From: Nemertoderma westbladi
Taxonomy: Eukaryota > Animalia > Xenacoelomorpha
Direction of reading: 5' to 3'
Length of the DNA: 32,740 nucleotides
Assembly: GCA_032718475.1 (NCBI GenBank)
Contig: JAUCBJ010005795.1
Location: 1 to 32,740, forward strand
Below are positions 12,901 through 25,233 of this stretch, piece by piece (positions within the stretch are counted from its first letter, which is position 1; each line of letters starts with the position of its first letter). The notes beneath the pieces were generated by a model. It was not told the DNA's origin. It did not search any database and saw only the letters and a program-made list of their open reading frames with translations. The position numbers and the translations under genes are program-made.

Positions 12901-13130
12901 TCCAAAACTGTCGTATTCCGTTGGGAACAAAACCTACAGTTGTGGTACGTTAGTAAAGAAGCAATTAAAAATACACTTCCTGGTAATTGGTACAACGATT
13001 GGAGAGTAGCAGTATACATCAACACTTCTAAAAATGAGCACCATGATGATATCATACAGAGATCACTTGGAGGACAGCGGAAATTATATTGTGATAATCA
13101 TGGTCACCATCTTATCCAAATGCGCTGTAT
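9959..13130 (+). pseudogene. Decayed TE ORF, copy 2: OTU protease, Pro/Thr repeats and a long Cys-rich region (probable N-terminal part of a Helitron-like protein)
   Basis: 9959-11334 duplicates 433-1714. It continues through ORF pieces 11232-12206, 12244-12792 and 12805-13194 (CLCCQR, CNNCNVYL, VKCPLGC), broken by stops and frameshifts. No Rep or helicase motifs are reached, so the family is tentative. Confidence 0.6.
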
Positions 13131-13311
13131 CAAATATATATATAAATATATAAAATATTGCAGGACTCTATTTTTAGTTACTTGTTACCAATAATGTAAG
13201 AATATACAATATATAAATATACGATTAATAATTATTAGCTAATCGGCGAGCGTGAATTAGTGAGCGTCTTGTATTTAACCATCCAAGACATTCAGCTCCA
13301 GTATCTTCTAA

Positions 13312-14100
13312 TTAACCGACAGTGACCATCCCCATAGGATCTCCGAACTTATTGAAACGGAAATCAACTCCACTAGCTTTTATCTTATCATTCCATTGAC
13401 GGTTCAGGATACTCAATTCAACCCCATTATCCGCACCCTCGAAGGCGATGTGACACTTCTTTAATTCTGGAAAAATTTCTTGCTGGAACTTCAGCTCACA
13501 GATATCAGTTACAACTTCCGTTTTGAGAGACATGTCCTTAATTGTGATGCTCTCTAGCTTCTTACAATCTCTTACCATCGAAACGAAGTCAACACGTATT
13601 TCTTCATCCTGTCCGCACTCCATTACCAACTCTTTCAGACATTGGTCCATGTGATCACCTAGATAGCGGAATAGTATAGATAAGCCGTCGATTGTTTCCA
13701 TCCAAGCTGCAAATAATTCGAACTTAGTCAGAGGAGGTCGTCCTTTTATCAAGCGAATCAGCGAATGAACGTCAACTGTCTCGAAGTCGAATAGCATATG
13801 AACCAAGAGCTCGGGGTTGGCTTTACTCCACGGGTGGTTGTTATTATCAGCAACAGGTAAAACATTATCAGATCCAGTCAGGCAGAGGCGGAGTACCAAT
13901 AATATTAGATGGGGACTTTTAGTCAGAATTCTTTCTAATATATCTGGATTCAAGTAGTTATAATTGATATCCAGGTTCGTCAACGCCTTCAATGAAGTGA
14001 GCGGTCCCATAGCAGATGATATGGGCCTCGCAGTAGATGCGGCAGATGGATGAATTTCAAATTGCTTGTGTTCTGTAGGGACATGTAGGAAACCTGCCAA
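13312..14100 (-). CDS. Intronless leucine-rich-repeat (F-box/LRR-like) C-terminal fragment, 262 aa
   Basis: Open frame with LRR-like periodicity (LTNLDINYNYL, CLKELVM, CKKLESITI, FPELKKCHI). Starts at TTG, so probably 5'-truncated. Confidence 0.45.
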   Translation of the reverse strand: MAGFLHVPTEHKQFEIHPSAASTARPISSAMGPLTSLKALTNLDINYNYLNPDILERILTKSPHLILLVLRLCLTGSDNVLPVADNNNHPWSKANPELLVHMLFDFETVDVHSLIRLIKGRPPLTKFELFAAWMETIDGLSILFRYLGDHMDQCLKELVMECGQDEEIRVDFVSMVRDCKKLESITIKDMSLKTEVVTDICELKFQQEIFPELKKCHIAFEGADNGVELSILNRQWNDKIKASGVDFRFNKFGDPMGMVTVG

Positions 14101-15659
14101 TCACAGGTGTCCTAACAACATCCTGTCTTTTCAGTGCTATGTAGCTGTTTGTCTACGACATTATTAATTTCATTCAAATCAGAAAACCGCGAGCAGAAAC
14201 CTCTTTTGGCATTACTATAGTATGTGTACCCATGACCGGTACTTATTATAAGTGATAGAAACTGCACAAATTAAATTTTTTTTTATAATATAAATTGCAC
14301 TATAATATTAATCCTTACTAAATGACAATATGATATAGGAAATATATAGGATAGCAATGCATACAAAAATACAGAGTTCATTAATATCAAAGCTAGGCAA
14401 CTAACTCACCAATACCGACCAATACCAACATCTTGATTCCATAGACTCTCCACACCCGTTTTAACAGTTTTCCAACCTCCCATGCAACAATCCATTATTC
14501 AACAACCCATACATGACCCTGTTAACCAGCAACACACTCAATAGCCCAAACAACCCATACATCATGTGAAAATTCGACAATCACAAGATCTGATCGATTG
14601 TGGTGATTAATCAGTTAGGGAATGATATTCATCTCAACAATTGTTCACATTAGGATGTGTTCCTTAGTAATGGTAAGTGGTAATGTCACCACTGATAATG
14701 AGGATGAGAAACTAGGTTAATTAACAGTTGAAGAGTTATCTCATGTCTTGTAGATATGATGTCAGATATATGTCATACTATATAAGAGTTAATGTTTGGT
14801 TTTTTTGCTTTTGATTGCAGTTTTTCCATTCATAATGTTATATTGTCAATAAAACTGTAATACCAGGACCTGCTATTCCAGATAGAGGAGTGGTAGGTGA
14901 CTTCCAGGAGGCAGCAAGGGTACATCAGGGGAGTTGTTACAACAATTACCACCTGAGCGGCAGTTTATACAAAGCCGCCAGTAAAGTAAGTGCAAAAATA
15001 CAAAGACAATTTATCAATAAAATATGTGTTCTCCTTGCGGCCACCCGATCATAAAAATAATTTCGAAATATTTCGTATCAAAATGGTGAACCATTATTAT
15101 TGTTCAATACACTGAGACAGTTTTATCTTACACATAGGCCTATTGCAGAGGTTGTCATCAAGAAATTGTAGTAATAAAATCTTTATTGTTTTTAGGGACC
15201 TGACATCGAGCAACACTTTCACCATGTTGCATCATACCGCATTTTTCTCACTGTCCATATCCAACTTCATCTAACACATTCATGCCTCAACCTGGCATAT
15301 TTCAACATTCACAACCCTCAACGTATGCACCTGATGTCTTCAAACAACATCCAATGTGAGGTTGCAGATTTACTGGCTCTTGGTTCATCTTCAGTTAATA
15401 ACACAGATTCTAATTATTCACTCTGTTCAGAATCTTCGGTTTTATATTTAGTTATGTCTGTATTTACGACTATCTATTTTTAGTACCAATTTTTAGTGCT
15501 TGTATTTTTATTGTGTTTATTTGTAGTGTATTTTTAAAGCGTGCGGCAAATTGTGCTTCACCTTGTAAAACCAGTCAGTTGTTTACCAGTCCTCAAGTTC
15601 CAGTAGCCAAAATGTCAGGAGGTATTAAGAGATAGCATTGCTTTAGGCCATGATATATT

Positions 15660-16130
15660 GCAAATGGAATAATAGACAAAAAACATGGTGTTGGGTATAG
15701 GATCATCAATAGGATCAACTTGCTTACTGGTCGGAAAAGCCAACCAACCATCAAGGTTAAGGCTGAATCACCAGCCGATCGCCGCAATGGTTGGAAGGCC
15801 CACTTTGAAAAACTCCTCAATAATGACAGGGTATTGCCTGATAGCTTTATAGAAGTAAAAGTATCTGAGTCTGTACTCCCAGACATTCCCATTGGGGATA
15901 TCTTTGTTGACTTCTTCAAGGCCTTTGATTCAGTCTCTCGCTCACGTATGTTCAGCATACTTTCATTATATGGGATTCCTGATGAAATTTATGCAGCAAT
16001 CAGATCAGTATACGATGGTTCGACAACATTTGTCTACTGTTGACGGTGACACAGAACCATTTGAAGTGTTATGGGGCGTCCTCCAGGGAGACACACTTGC
16101 ACCATTCTTGTTCATAATTGTGGTTAAGAA
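15660..16130 (+). mobile_element. LINE reverse transcriptase fragment, copy 2
   Basis: Same motifs as 4230-4700. Confidence 0.85.
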
Positions 16131-16369
16131 TGCAGCTGCAATGCATGCAGCATGCCGATCCTAGTTGTAGTAGTGGGTAGTGGGATTCAGCATCCAGGGC
16201 ACCAGTGTAGTGTCAGCAAAATAAATATTTTGATAGCTGACTGCAATTAATTTATCTCGTAAACAATCAAATGCAATTATCATAAAACTAAGTAGCACAT
16301 AACCATTACCGTACACTGTCATAGTAATAGGCCAAGCAAAGTACTTTCAGTATCCAGACAGGTGAGTCG

Positions 16370-16770
16370 CTTAGGATGGCACTATGAATAAGAGTAGAAT
16401 AGAGATACCTAAAGAAATAAAGAACATGCAAAACCGAGAAAACACCAGCACAATTGTTTTATATCACAAGGAGAATCCTAAAATATTGTTGTCTTCCTAT
16501 GTTGTGCGCACTAAAAGCAAAGGAATGAAGAATGTGTTATTGCTATAAATCATGCCCCCAATACTAATGCACACCAAAGACGAAAAGGAAAACAAGGTCA
16601 CTACAAAGTGTATGACTTTACTAAAGACGGCACCGATAAAATGGACCAGCGCCAGGGTAGTTCAACTACAAAATCAAAACCTAGGAAATGGACAATGACA
16701 GTCAACTCCTATATGCTAGATACAAGACGAATCATCATGCACACTGTGTTGCACACTGTATCAAAACAAC
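16370..16770 (+). mobile_element. piggyBac-like transposase fragment, copy 2
   Basis: YDFTKDGTDKMDQ...KWTM...YMLD. Confidence 0.8.
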
Positions 16771-17009
16771 AAGTGAGTAAAATAAGAGTATAATTATATT
16801 ATTTTATCACTAATGATATCAAATAAATCTGTAGCTACGAAAATAAATATGCAGCTGTTAATAAATAATAATAGAAATTACAATTTATAAGGAAATTTTA
16901 AGATTCCAATTTCTGAGTAATATGAAAATTGTGAAATAACTTGCCCAAACTGGCAAGTTAAAAATATTAACCTACCCAATTGGGCAAGTTATTTATAGTT
17001 GAATGGGTT

Positions 17010-17367
17010 TCAGACCTTGGTATTGGGAAATAAAGTATTCAATCTTTAACCACTACTGATACACGGTGCGGCGAGCTCTGTATAAAACTACGCATGGCCT
17101 GGTCACTTTGTCTGTTCATCTCCTTCACAATGGATTATCTAATGTTCTGTTGGGGTAAATACAACATGATTGTATAGAAGGGGAATTTGGATGCTATAGA
17201 GGAATGTGTGGTTCGAACATGGCCATGACAGTCATAGTCAAAGATGTTGAATCTGGTGTTCAGTGACGAGATTTATTAGCGTTTGTGAAGTTGGGGGACC
17301 CTGTCTGATGATATTCTTGAACGGCAGAACTCTGGTGATATGCTATTTCTGTCAGAATCCATTGACA
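17010..17367 (+). mobile_element. P-element/THAP9-like fragment, copy 2
   Basis: Paralog of 5590-5943. Confidence 0.65.
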
Positions 17368-17726
17368 ATTAAGTTGCTCCAAAAAAAAGTTGCTAGTTGC
17401 CAAGAAAGTTGCTCTAAAAGTTGCCATGTATAAACAGGCCTTTAGGTTCTAGCTAAGGGGAATTTGGATGCTATAGAGGAATGTGTGGTTCGAACATGGC
17501 CATGACAGTCAAAGATGTTGAATCTGGTGTTCAGTGACGAGATTTATTAGCGTTTGTGAAGTTGGGGGACCCTGTCTGATGATATTCTTGAACGGCAGAA
17601 CTCTGGTGATATGCTATTTCTGTCAGAATCCATTGACAATTAAGTTGCTCCAAAAAAATGTTGCTAGTTGCCAAGAAAGTTGCTCTAAAAGTTGCCATGT
17701 ATAAACAGGCCTTTAGGTTCCAGCTA
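17179..17726. repeat. ~275-bp tandem duplication (17179-17455 and 17456-17726)
   Basis: aggggaatttggatgc...aggtt(c/t)agcta-type unit repeated twice, spanning the end of duplication B. Confidence 0.9.
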
Positions 17727-19216
17727 ATGTTTTATTAAATGGTGCTAAAAGCATTTGTATGAACAACGAAATAGGAATGCTACCATGGTGTGTATGTGCA
17801 CTGTGCAGTTCTCTGTATATAAACAATAATTATCTTATCTATATTCATTGTGTATTGGTTATTAGTGACGGAATAAATAATATACATTGAAATTTATAGT
17901 AACTTATATTTATTTTCATTATGTATTTTCATTATTACTGAGTTCTTATGTTGAAATTGATAGTAACTTATATTTATTTTCATTATGTAGTTTCATTATG
18001 ACTAAGTTCTTATTTCATATCAGTTACTGGATAGAAAAATTTTCTGATGACATTTTATCGCTATATAGATCATTAGCATTCCAATATTATAAATAATTAT
18101 TAATAATTAGTTATTAATAAATATCATGATAAATAACTTTTTTGTTTATTAATTCAGTCAAACAGCGGTGTGAAAACTTTTCAAACTTCGAATGATTTGT
18201 TCTATATTTTTAATTAACATATTTTACACCACAATTTTTATGTTCTGAAACAATAATACTACAACTCATACAATCTTAATTGGTTATTATTAACCGTAAT
18301 CTACCTCATTTATCCAACCAACTGCCCACTTACTAGGGTAAATAAAGCATGCACTGACAGAATGGAAGTGGGATTTGAGGAAGTGGGATTTGAGATTGAT
18401 TGTATCAGAATATTTTGTTTTACCAGGCCAGCCCATGTATGCTTGTATTTAATTAATATTAGAGTGGGTATATTTCTAATATATATTTTTTATTGGTTTA
18501 TATACATAATTAGGATATCCAACATGACTCAAATTATATTATTGTGTTGTTAAGTGTAGATATTAGGAATGAGTCTCTAACACCCTGCCAGCAAATATTG
18601 CCACATTATTAGTAATAGGGCAAGACTACATAGAATACCTGTTTGGGAAGCAAAGCAATGAGGGAAAGAAAGGGTCTAGCCAAGAAACCACAAAGCAGAC
18701 TCGATTACTGGAACCAGAATTGTTTATTTTATGCCAGAATTCCAGTAAAGAGGTGAGAATTCCACTACTATTTATTATTTCATGCATCGGACACAAGAAT
18801 TGCCCATCGCCAATAAAGAACAACTACTATACTACTACGATCGATATGGTGCATTGGAGCTGCATTATATATATTTTTTTTTTTATTTATATATATATTT
18901 TAAGAATTCTGTGCCGGCTTGACTAATTAAATCGATTTTTTTATTATGAATTAAATATTTTTTTATTATTAATTAAATATATTTTTTATTATCTATTGAT
19001 TTTATCAATTATTAAATGATTTAAACAGTACTTGGATAACAAATCTATAGCAAATAAAGCGAGAAAATGAATTACATCTGAAGAACAATGGCTTATTATG
19101 TTAGATAATGCAGCAAGTCTATTGATGAAGTACTGGTCACTAGCAAAGTAACAGTAAAGTAAATTATTACCTTATGACACACATAATGTTATGTATGTGT
19201 TGTGTTTCTCATAGGT

Positions 19217-19348
19217 GATCCACTAGGTTGATGGAAAAAGAAGGAAGAAAAGTATCCACTTCTAAGTAAATTAGCCAAGAAGTTTCTGGCTATAACGGCA
19301 ACTTCGGTTCCTTCCAAATGTATGTTTTCGGAAACTGCCATTATCTGC
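19217..19348 (+). mobile_element. hAT transposase C-terminal dimerisation-domain fragment
   Basis: DPLG*WKKKEEKYPLLSKLAKKFLAITATSVPSKCMFS matches the hAT motif WW...YPxLxxLAxxxLxxPATSxxSERxFS. Confidence 0.85.
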
Positions 19349-19489
19349 GGGAAACTGTGAGGATTGTTGATGCTGGCTAATGGTATCCACAAATGTTCAC
19401 GGACCTGCTTTTGTTGCCTCCCTTATTGAGTTTCTTAATACATCAAAGGCAGGTGGCCTTCGCCCGGCACAAAGGTTATTGGGTCGTCA

Positions 19490-21122
19490 ATTGAGGCCAA
19501 ATCCATTAATATTCCTGGACACGTGTGCAAATATTCTTCAACTATATCTATATGGAACTGTGGTATGAGCTCCCACTCGGCAAACATTGCGGTAGGAGAA
19601 ATATATGATACGAAGGTTTCATATGCGGATTGTTTGCAGCTACATAAGGGTGGGTCATTGGAGGTAGAAACATCTGGAGAAATTAAAGTCCCTGAAAATC
19701 AGCTAGTTACCGGCAGCTATTATTTGGTTGGGTCTATGGGGGCGAATGGTTATTGTACTACCGGTTCTTTTACGTATAGGGGTCAGACTTACTCATATGT
19801 GGTTGCAATGGTATCTTATGCCGTTAAGAGATATTCTGTCCGGGTCTCTTATGAACCTGCACTAGGACTGGTCTTTTACGATGGGACTAGATTTCCAGCG
19901 AAACCATCATACGGTCAAGATGACCATATCGGAACAATTACTTGGTCGATTCCAGCCTTAAACTGTCGCTCTCATAGTATGCATCAAGTTCTTCTACAGT
20001 CAGCTGAGCTTCATTCTATCAACGGTGCTCAAGTTATTTTAATATACACTCGGAATAGGAAGCTAGCATTGGAAATCAAACAGCTAACTGATGTATGTGG
20101 GAATAAAATGAATTCTACAAATCTTCCTGGTTTCTATATCAACCTTGAACCATGTATAACTCTTCCTGAATCTAAGGGATTGATGGATTTACAAGCCATC
20201 ATGAAAACTCAATTGTCATTCTTAAATTATCACTCGTACCTTATGAGGGAGGAAGGGGCTGCTGAGTTTATTCTTAAACTGTGCTACTTGGAGCGATCCC
20301 ACATACGAACAATGTTAACGATCACTGGTCTTCATGCGGATGATTCACATTCACTGGATCTATTTGGTCCAGGAATGAGAATTTTCCACAAGGGTGGAGT
20401 TATTCACGTATGTACATGTGCTCCTATCGATGTTAAAATAAGAGACACAACACAGACCACTGCTTTGAAGAGGTCCCTATCTCACATAATAATCGGTCTA
20501 TATTTATGCATTCTGTGTCTCGGAATATTCAAGAACACTCAAGCGAAGTGACATGCTCCGCTATTGCCCCTCTGATGTTTTCTGATGGCCCCGTTTGGTA
20601 CTCTCTATCTCCTCGATTAACCTAATCGCTCCCTCCTCACAGGATTCCTCTGAAGTCATTACGTCGACAAGCTCCTAGGTTGCATACTTGGAATCCTTCA
20701 GGAGCTTTTTCAGATGAGCAGATGCAGCTTATGGTCAAAGCTGCCAATGAGGCTGCGTATAGGGATGCTGTGGTTACAGAAGTATTTAGACGATCAGTGG
20801 GATTAGGGTCCTCGGGGTCAGGAGTTCGATTAGATAATGCTCTTCCGGAAACTGTGTAGACAAATATTTGATCTCATGTCTCGTATATGTACTCAATTTT
20901 TGCAGGATTTGGTCAATTTATGGGTGCTGTTTTTGGATTTTTATCATCCTTAAGCTGGGGTGGACTGTGATATCAAAATGCATAGACTGTTATTCTCTGT
21001 ATAAAATATTTGGATTTTCCTATCAGCTTATTGGAGCATTGTGCGGGGCAGTGGCGAAGCATCTCATCACGAGTGAACAGAACAAAAATATCCATTTGCA
21101 TGAAAAGAAAGACGAACCTTAA
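19490..21122 (+). pseudogene. Chuvirus-like (class III) glycoprotein EVE, decayed
   Basis: Motifs CKY...NCGMSSHS, GYCTTGSFT, PGMRIFHKGGVIHVCTC. After a frameshift near 20450 it reads HCFEEVPI...VTCSAIAPLMF, then a hydrophobic C-terminus ending YKIFGFSYQLIGALC. Several stops. Confidence 0.8.
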
Positions 21123-21418
21123 AAAAGAAGAGGGGAAAAGAAACGGACAATCCTGACGTAATTCTGGATGATTACAGTAGGTGTGATCCTAATGCACCTG
21201 CGCAACTATATCCTCTCGCAGTAAGCCATGCTTGATTGTAGCACAGTAGTACTCTATATGCTTATATAGTCCAGTGTCTGTAGCTTTCAAAGCTCCCAAC
21301 GGGGGATACTGAAGTTCATATAAATACTTATGTAATAGCTATATTCATCCATATATATTTATACATTTATGCAGTATATGCAGTATATCTATAGCGTTTT
21401 ATTATATAATCCCATTTT

Positions 21419-21574
21419 ATTAGATAATTTTAGTACATTGTATCCTTTTATATTAGATTAGGCGTAAATACTATACTATCTGTTATATTATAAAGACTAA
21501 CCCCTCGTATTTATTAGATAATTTTAGTACATTGTATCCTTGTATATTAGATTAGGCGTAAATACTATACTATC
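21419..21574. repeat. ~62-bp direct repeat pair
   Basis: attagataattttagtacattgtatcc...ctatactatc at 21419-21480 and 21513-21574. Confidence 0.8.
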
Positions 21575-21575
21575 C

Positions 21576-21912
21576 CGTTATTCTGGTGGGTCCATGGTGC
21601 ATCCACATGACTTCGACGATAGAGGTTTCATGTTTCTCAGTCGCGTTATTCTGGTGGGACCGTTGCATGGATTTTGGGGCGTAGGCGGTGTAACTAGTCC
21701 AGCTGTAGATCCCAGAATGTTGCGTAACCCCATCCCACATGACTTCGGCGGCTGAGCTTTATGTTGTTGGGAGTGTTATTCTGGTGGGTCCCTGGTGCAT
21801 TCCACGTGACTTCACTCCCAGCGTCTTCATTGTCCATTACATGTGCAGTTTGGGGCGTAGGCGGTGTAACTAGCCCAGCTGTAGATCCCAGATTGCCGCG
21901 TAACACCCCTTC
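21576..21912. repeat. GC-richer mosaic repeat (gttattctggtggg x3; ggggcgtaggcggtgtaactag...gatcccaga x2)
   Basis: Direct inspection. Origin unknown. Confidence 0.7.
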
Positions 21913-22084
21913 CACAACGAAAATTTCCCAAAGAAGATGGTTGAATGTAGTTGGAAATGATGAAAAGAAACAGACGACATTACTATAAACTGAATGATGA
22001 CGCGTATGCTGATGAAAATGTAATGATGCGCACCCTGGTGCTGCGCTTATAACAAATGATGATAGCCGGGGGGCTATAACCCCA

Positions 22085-22260
22085 ATGATGAAATGGAAAT
22101 AAATGAAATGTGAAATAAATATGAAATAAATGGTGGAAATAAATGATGAAATGTGTTTAAATAAATGAAATGTGAAATGAAATAATAATGAGAAATGAAA
22201 AAAGACAAAAAAATGTATAAAATGTAAAAAGAAAAGAATTGGAAAAAAGAAGAGGACATA
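22085..22260. repeat. Degenerate (aaatg/aaata)n low-complexity tract
   Basis: Direct inspection. Confidence 0.8.
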
Positions 22261-22469
22261 AAAAGCCAAAACTGGTTGGATATTAATGTATAGCTATAGT
22301 AACTGTAAATGCTGAATGTATTAGCAATAAGATGGTAGATGCCTATATAGCAATGTTATTTAATAAACTGAATTAAAAATAAACTGAATTATTCTGCAGT
22401 CACTATAGTATCAGACTTTCTGGAGTTATAATTAACTGATATAAATTTGCAACGGACATAATTGTAAAT

Positions 22470-24870
22470 ATGGACCCAAATCGCCAAATTATCGGCGAAC
22501 TACGTAATACGATAGATCTACTGGAATATCCACAACCTGGATCCCCTAACTTTGATACAAATTGGAGCACCCTGATAAATGAGAATGTGCGAGTCATCAA
22601 ATTCTCCGGGCGAGAGGGACCGGATTCCCGGAATCTACGAGCCCTCCGGTTGTCCGATGCAAGTACGAGACTGAAAAGAACTCGGAACGCAAAGGCAACC
22701 GGAGAGGATGAGCTGTCGTACTGGGAAACGTTCCGGCAAAGCGTCTACAGATCCCGATGTTTGATATACGACAACGAGGGAAACGCGACGCCCACCTCGA
22801 AAGCGATGACATTTGCGCGATGTCAAAGTTTCGTCGACGACAAAAGTACGTACCTCGCCCACTAGGGATACCTAGCGGAGTGTACGGCAACGCTATGAGA
22901 GGAACGTATATCAGTTAACCAGAATCGCGACGACTACCAGGAGAAGTACGGGACGTAAGAATACGGTCGATCCTCGGTCATCGTCCTCGGAACCCTGGAC
23001 GGTTTGGTGTTGGTGTGTCGAATATTTCTGACACCCAGGCGGGAGGTACGGACAGACGGAGCGATCTGGCTACTACCTCCGGAGATCCAAAAGATCCTAT
23101 TCGACTTCGACATCATTAAAATTGGGTCGGATATAAAGGCGGATGTCCGAAACGACTACGCGAACGCTCCTTTCAGAAGAGACCGTAAAGAAGATCTCAA
23201 TGCCATTAGTCATTGCGTCGACACCCAGACACTATTAGCCTGGTTACGATCCGCCGAATTCATGCGAGGATTCCGAGATATTAGACAGACGAAATCCAGT
23301 ATCGGCTACCTCGCAGTGCTAAACGGCGGCATCGACTTTAAACCTCAGAAATTCCAGGACTATAATAAGATATATATATGGTGGATACCCGGGATTAGAA
23401 ATAAAGAGCGAGCGAGAGAGTCGCTGGAAGGACGTTGAAAGAAAGTGGACGATACACCAAAGGTGGGTGAATCCGGATCGACGGAACTACATCTACGTCA
23501 TTATGGAGTCCTACACCGTCGCTAAGTTCATATGTAAAACTCTCGATAACCTCATTACGGCGGTTCCTCGTTCCTTTATCGACTACGAGTGGAATGAAGT
23601 TATCAGCCACGCCTTCAAAGCAGTCAAGAATATTACACCGGGAGAGACAAAAACGCTCACCGTTATCGATTCCTGAGACGAGAATGGGCCGTTCGACATC
23701 CCTACGATTACCGATCTCCTCGGTGCGGAGGAGCCACTGATTTCCTCGGAAGGGGAAGAATTATGGCTACAGGAAGGCGTTCTACTGTCCACCCCAAAGC
23801 GATAACTCGAGCCGGAAGCCACATACGAACCGGCCGCCAAACGGGTTGCCTCGGCCGAACCTGCGACGGAAGCAGGCGTTTCCACCCCACTCGGCTCCGG
23901 TAGCCCCGCGAGGGAGTTAGTCACTACCTTCGCGTTGAACGACTTCGGCGACATATGCCAGAGGTTATCCCCATATCCTTTCCCGGGTGGCGAAGACTGG
24001 TCTTCGGAGATTCCGAGTACCAGCACCCAACGGACCCGCTCAGCGATACTGGTCGAAAAGGGTCCCAGCGCTGCACCGACTCCCGAAGATCTCCTCGGAA
24101 TCCCTCCGTCGAAAGCCCCGGCACCTCTTTGCCGACCAGCGGTGGCTACTACCCCCTCCGTTCCACAGGATCCTATGCGACTTACCCGATGGTACGCCGA
24201 GCAGGCCGAGCAGACGGTCGTCCGAGATGAGACCGGCAGGACATAAGAAGGTTATCGGAACGAGAACATACTACGCCAAAGCCCAGCCTTTCGCGGGCTA
24301 CTGGCCACAGCGAATATGCAAAGGAGCGACCGACGACTCGAGTATTACGTCGGCGTCCCGATTCCGATATTCTTCGGTCGGGAGATGCAGTTAGAGATAT
24401 GCGCAGACTGCGGTTCAGAGCAGTGCCCACGCGGTAGAAGAAATCGAGTAACCGATTCGTGCCTACAGCTCCTCGGGATACTGTATTGTCCATACTGTAC
24501 GACATCGGGACATGACGTTTCAGTTTGTCCAACCCTCTATAACCTCTGCACAACTTGCGGTTTCCGTGGACATTCCGCTAGCCCCCGCTGCAATATAAAG
24601 TGTCCCACGAAGGACATTACCGCTATGGGAAATCTGGTTATGTTCGAAACCTACGCAAACAGCCACATAAAGACCAAAGTACGGAGAAACGCTCGGAATA
24701 TCGCGCAGGAAATGGCGTGCGGGTATTTTTCCTTCCCGGAACGTCTCCATACGACAGTGACGTTACCTTTCCATTACGTGGATCTGTTGCTAAGCGCCGG
24801 ATTATTCGGCCCATTCGAGATCCGTAGACGCTTATATTCGTATAAGGAAGAGTTCGGTGACGGAAAGTGA
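22470..24870 (+). pseudogene. LTR-element accessory ORF: DEDDy/WRN-like 3'-5' exonuclease-like domain, Pro/Ser-rich linker and Cys/His zinc knuckles
   Basis: LPPEIQKILFDFDIIKIGSDIKAD...VDTQ resembles the WRN/RNase D exo II region. C-terminus has CADC, CPYCTTSGHDVSVC and CTTCGFRGHSASPRC. GC- and CpG-rich relative to the flanks, with multiple stops and frameshifts. Confidence 0.65.
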
Positions 24871-25224
24871 TTCCTAGAGGCATGCAACACCGAGTTGGAA
24901 AGACGAACCGATATGATCCCGTTGCCATCGAAAGGAAGAGCCGCCAGGAGACAAGCCGAAACGTTGCTCACGATGGATGTCGATGCTCCCCTAACAGCTC
25001 TAGTGATCAACGAGAGTCGACGGGCGAAGAGGAGAAAGGTGTATCAAAGCAAGAAATAGAGGATCGGGATATTCCGGGAACATTTATATTGAACATTTAT
25101 TTTTATATATATATTAACTCTAGGCCAAATTAATCAAGACTATGCAATATTAAAATTTTGGGTTTTTTATATGGGAAATGACCTACGCAAACTCGATCTA
25201 CCGATAGACCTCACGAAGGTCATT

Positions 25225-25233
25225 GGGGGGGAC
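25225..25233 (+). other. Polypurine tract
   Basis: gggggggac immediately precedes TGTTC, the predicted LTR start. Confidence 0.65.

Larger units (their letters stand above)
14166..17367. repeat. Segmental duplication B, copy 2
   Basis: Near-identical to 2739-5943. Confidence 0.95.

Noticed and set aside
21694-22269. 191-aa Phe/His-rich membrane protein
   Set aside because: Translation of the (aaatg)n low-complexity tract.
23583-25133. Many overlapping ORFs on both strands
   Set aside because: Expected in GC-rich sequence. Only the plus-strand exonuclease/zinc-finger frame pieces carry recognisable motifs.
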